Source: Chrysemys picta bellii
Taxonomy: Eukaryota
Direction: 5' to 3'
Length of the DNA: 64,000 bases
Assembly (NCBI RefSeq): GCF_011386835.1
Contig: NC_088797.1
Coordinates: 106,082,001-106,146,000 of the forward strand
Shown in pieces: positions 63,686 to 64,000 of the stretch. A model generated the notes under the pieces. It searched no databases and was not told where the DNA came from. It worked only from the letters and a program-made list of their open reading frames with translations. The position numbers and the translations under genes are program-made. The stretch's first letter is position 1, and each line of letters opens with the position of its first letter.

Positions 63686-64000
63686 ATGTGCGGCAGCATG
63701 CTGCCTGCATTGATTGGACCACCGTAACCTGACAACAAAAAACTGGATATAGATCCTATGGATGTTTGTAGCAGTAAAAGGAGCAGAGAGATCACCAAGA
63801 GCTCATTGACACTCTGAGGGGAATTTTGAACTGGCAAGTAATGATATTACTATTTGTTTTTGCATTTGGCACAAGGTCTGAATTTTTATATACTGAATCT
63901 GCAGCCTAGTTTACTTTCCAAAAAGTGACACATTTGGCTGAATTTGGGGACAAAGCAGAGCTTAAAATTTTACAGATACGTGTCTGTGGAATTTCCATTT

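Noticed and set aside
39747-64000. Coding exon of the nested antisense gene INSYN2A/FAM196A
   Set aside because: It is expected in this intron from mammalian synteny, but no ORF resembling it (e.g. ALQVRFKDICEAQ) is present. It probably lies beyond the window.

Overview
This is 64 kb of vertebrate genomic DNA, almost certainly from a cryptodiran turtle (tRNA-derived Cry/PsCR1-type SINE, turtle-type CR1, DIRS, hAT and Harbinger MITEs). The whole window lies inside DOCK1, transcribed on the minus strand. Only two small coding exons are present: 39746-39645 (GNFVASMTAILRQMEDYHYAHLIKTFGKMRSDVV) and 20517-20423 ([32 protein letters not shown]), probably equivalent to human exons 28 and 29. The rest is intron packed with mobile DNA: a full-length 2.5-kb Chapaev3-type DNA transposon (TTA target duplication, unshifted but stop-interrupted transposase frame), two internally deleted DIRS tyrosine-recombinase retroelements, many hAT and Harbinger MITEs with clean target-site duplications (TSDs), CR1/L2/MIR fragments, three Penelope-like stubs and two LF-SINE bodies joined head-to-head. 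Apart from the Chapaev3 and DIRS/CR1 fragments, the ORFs in the supplied track look spurious. The most interesting observations are the Chapaev3 copy, the LF-SINE palindrome, a fold-back hairpin array inside a MITE family, a candidate poison exon created by a DIRS deletion, and a CpG-retaining non-repeat element at about 56 kb. I found no clear evidence of a wholly new biological system. Family assignments come from my recall of consensus motifs, not from database searches.
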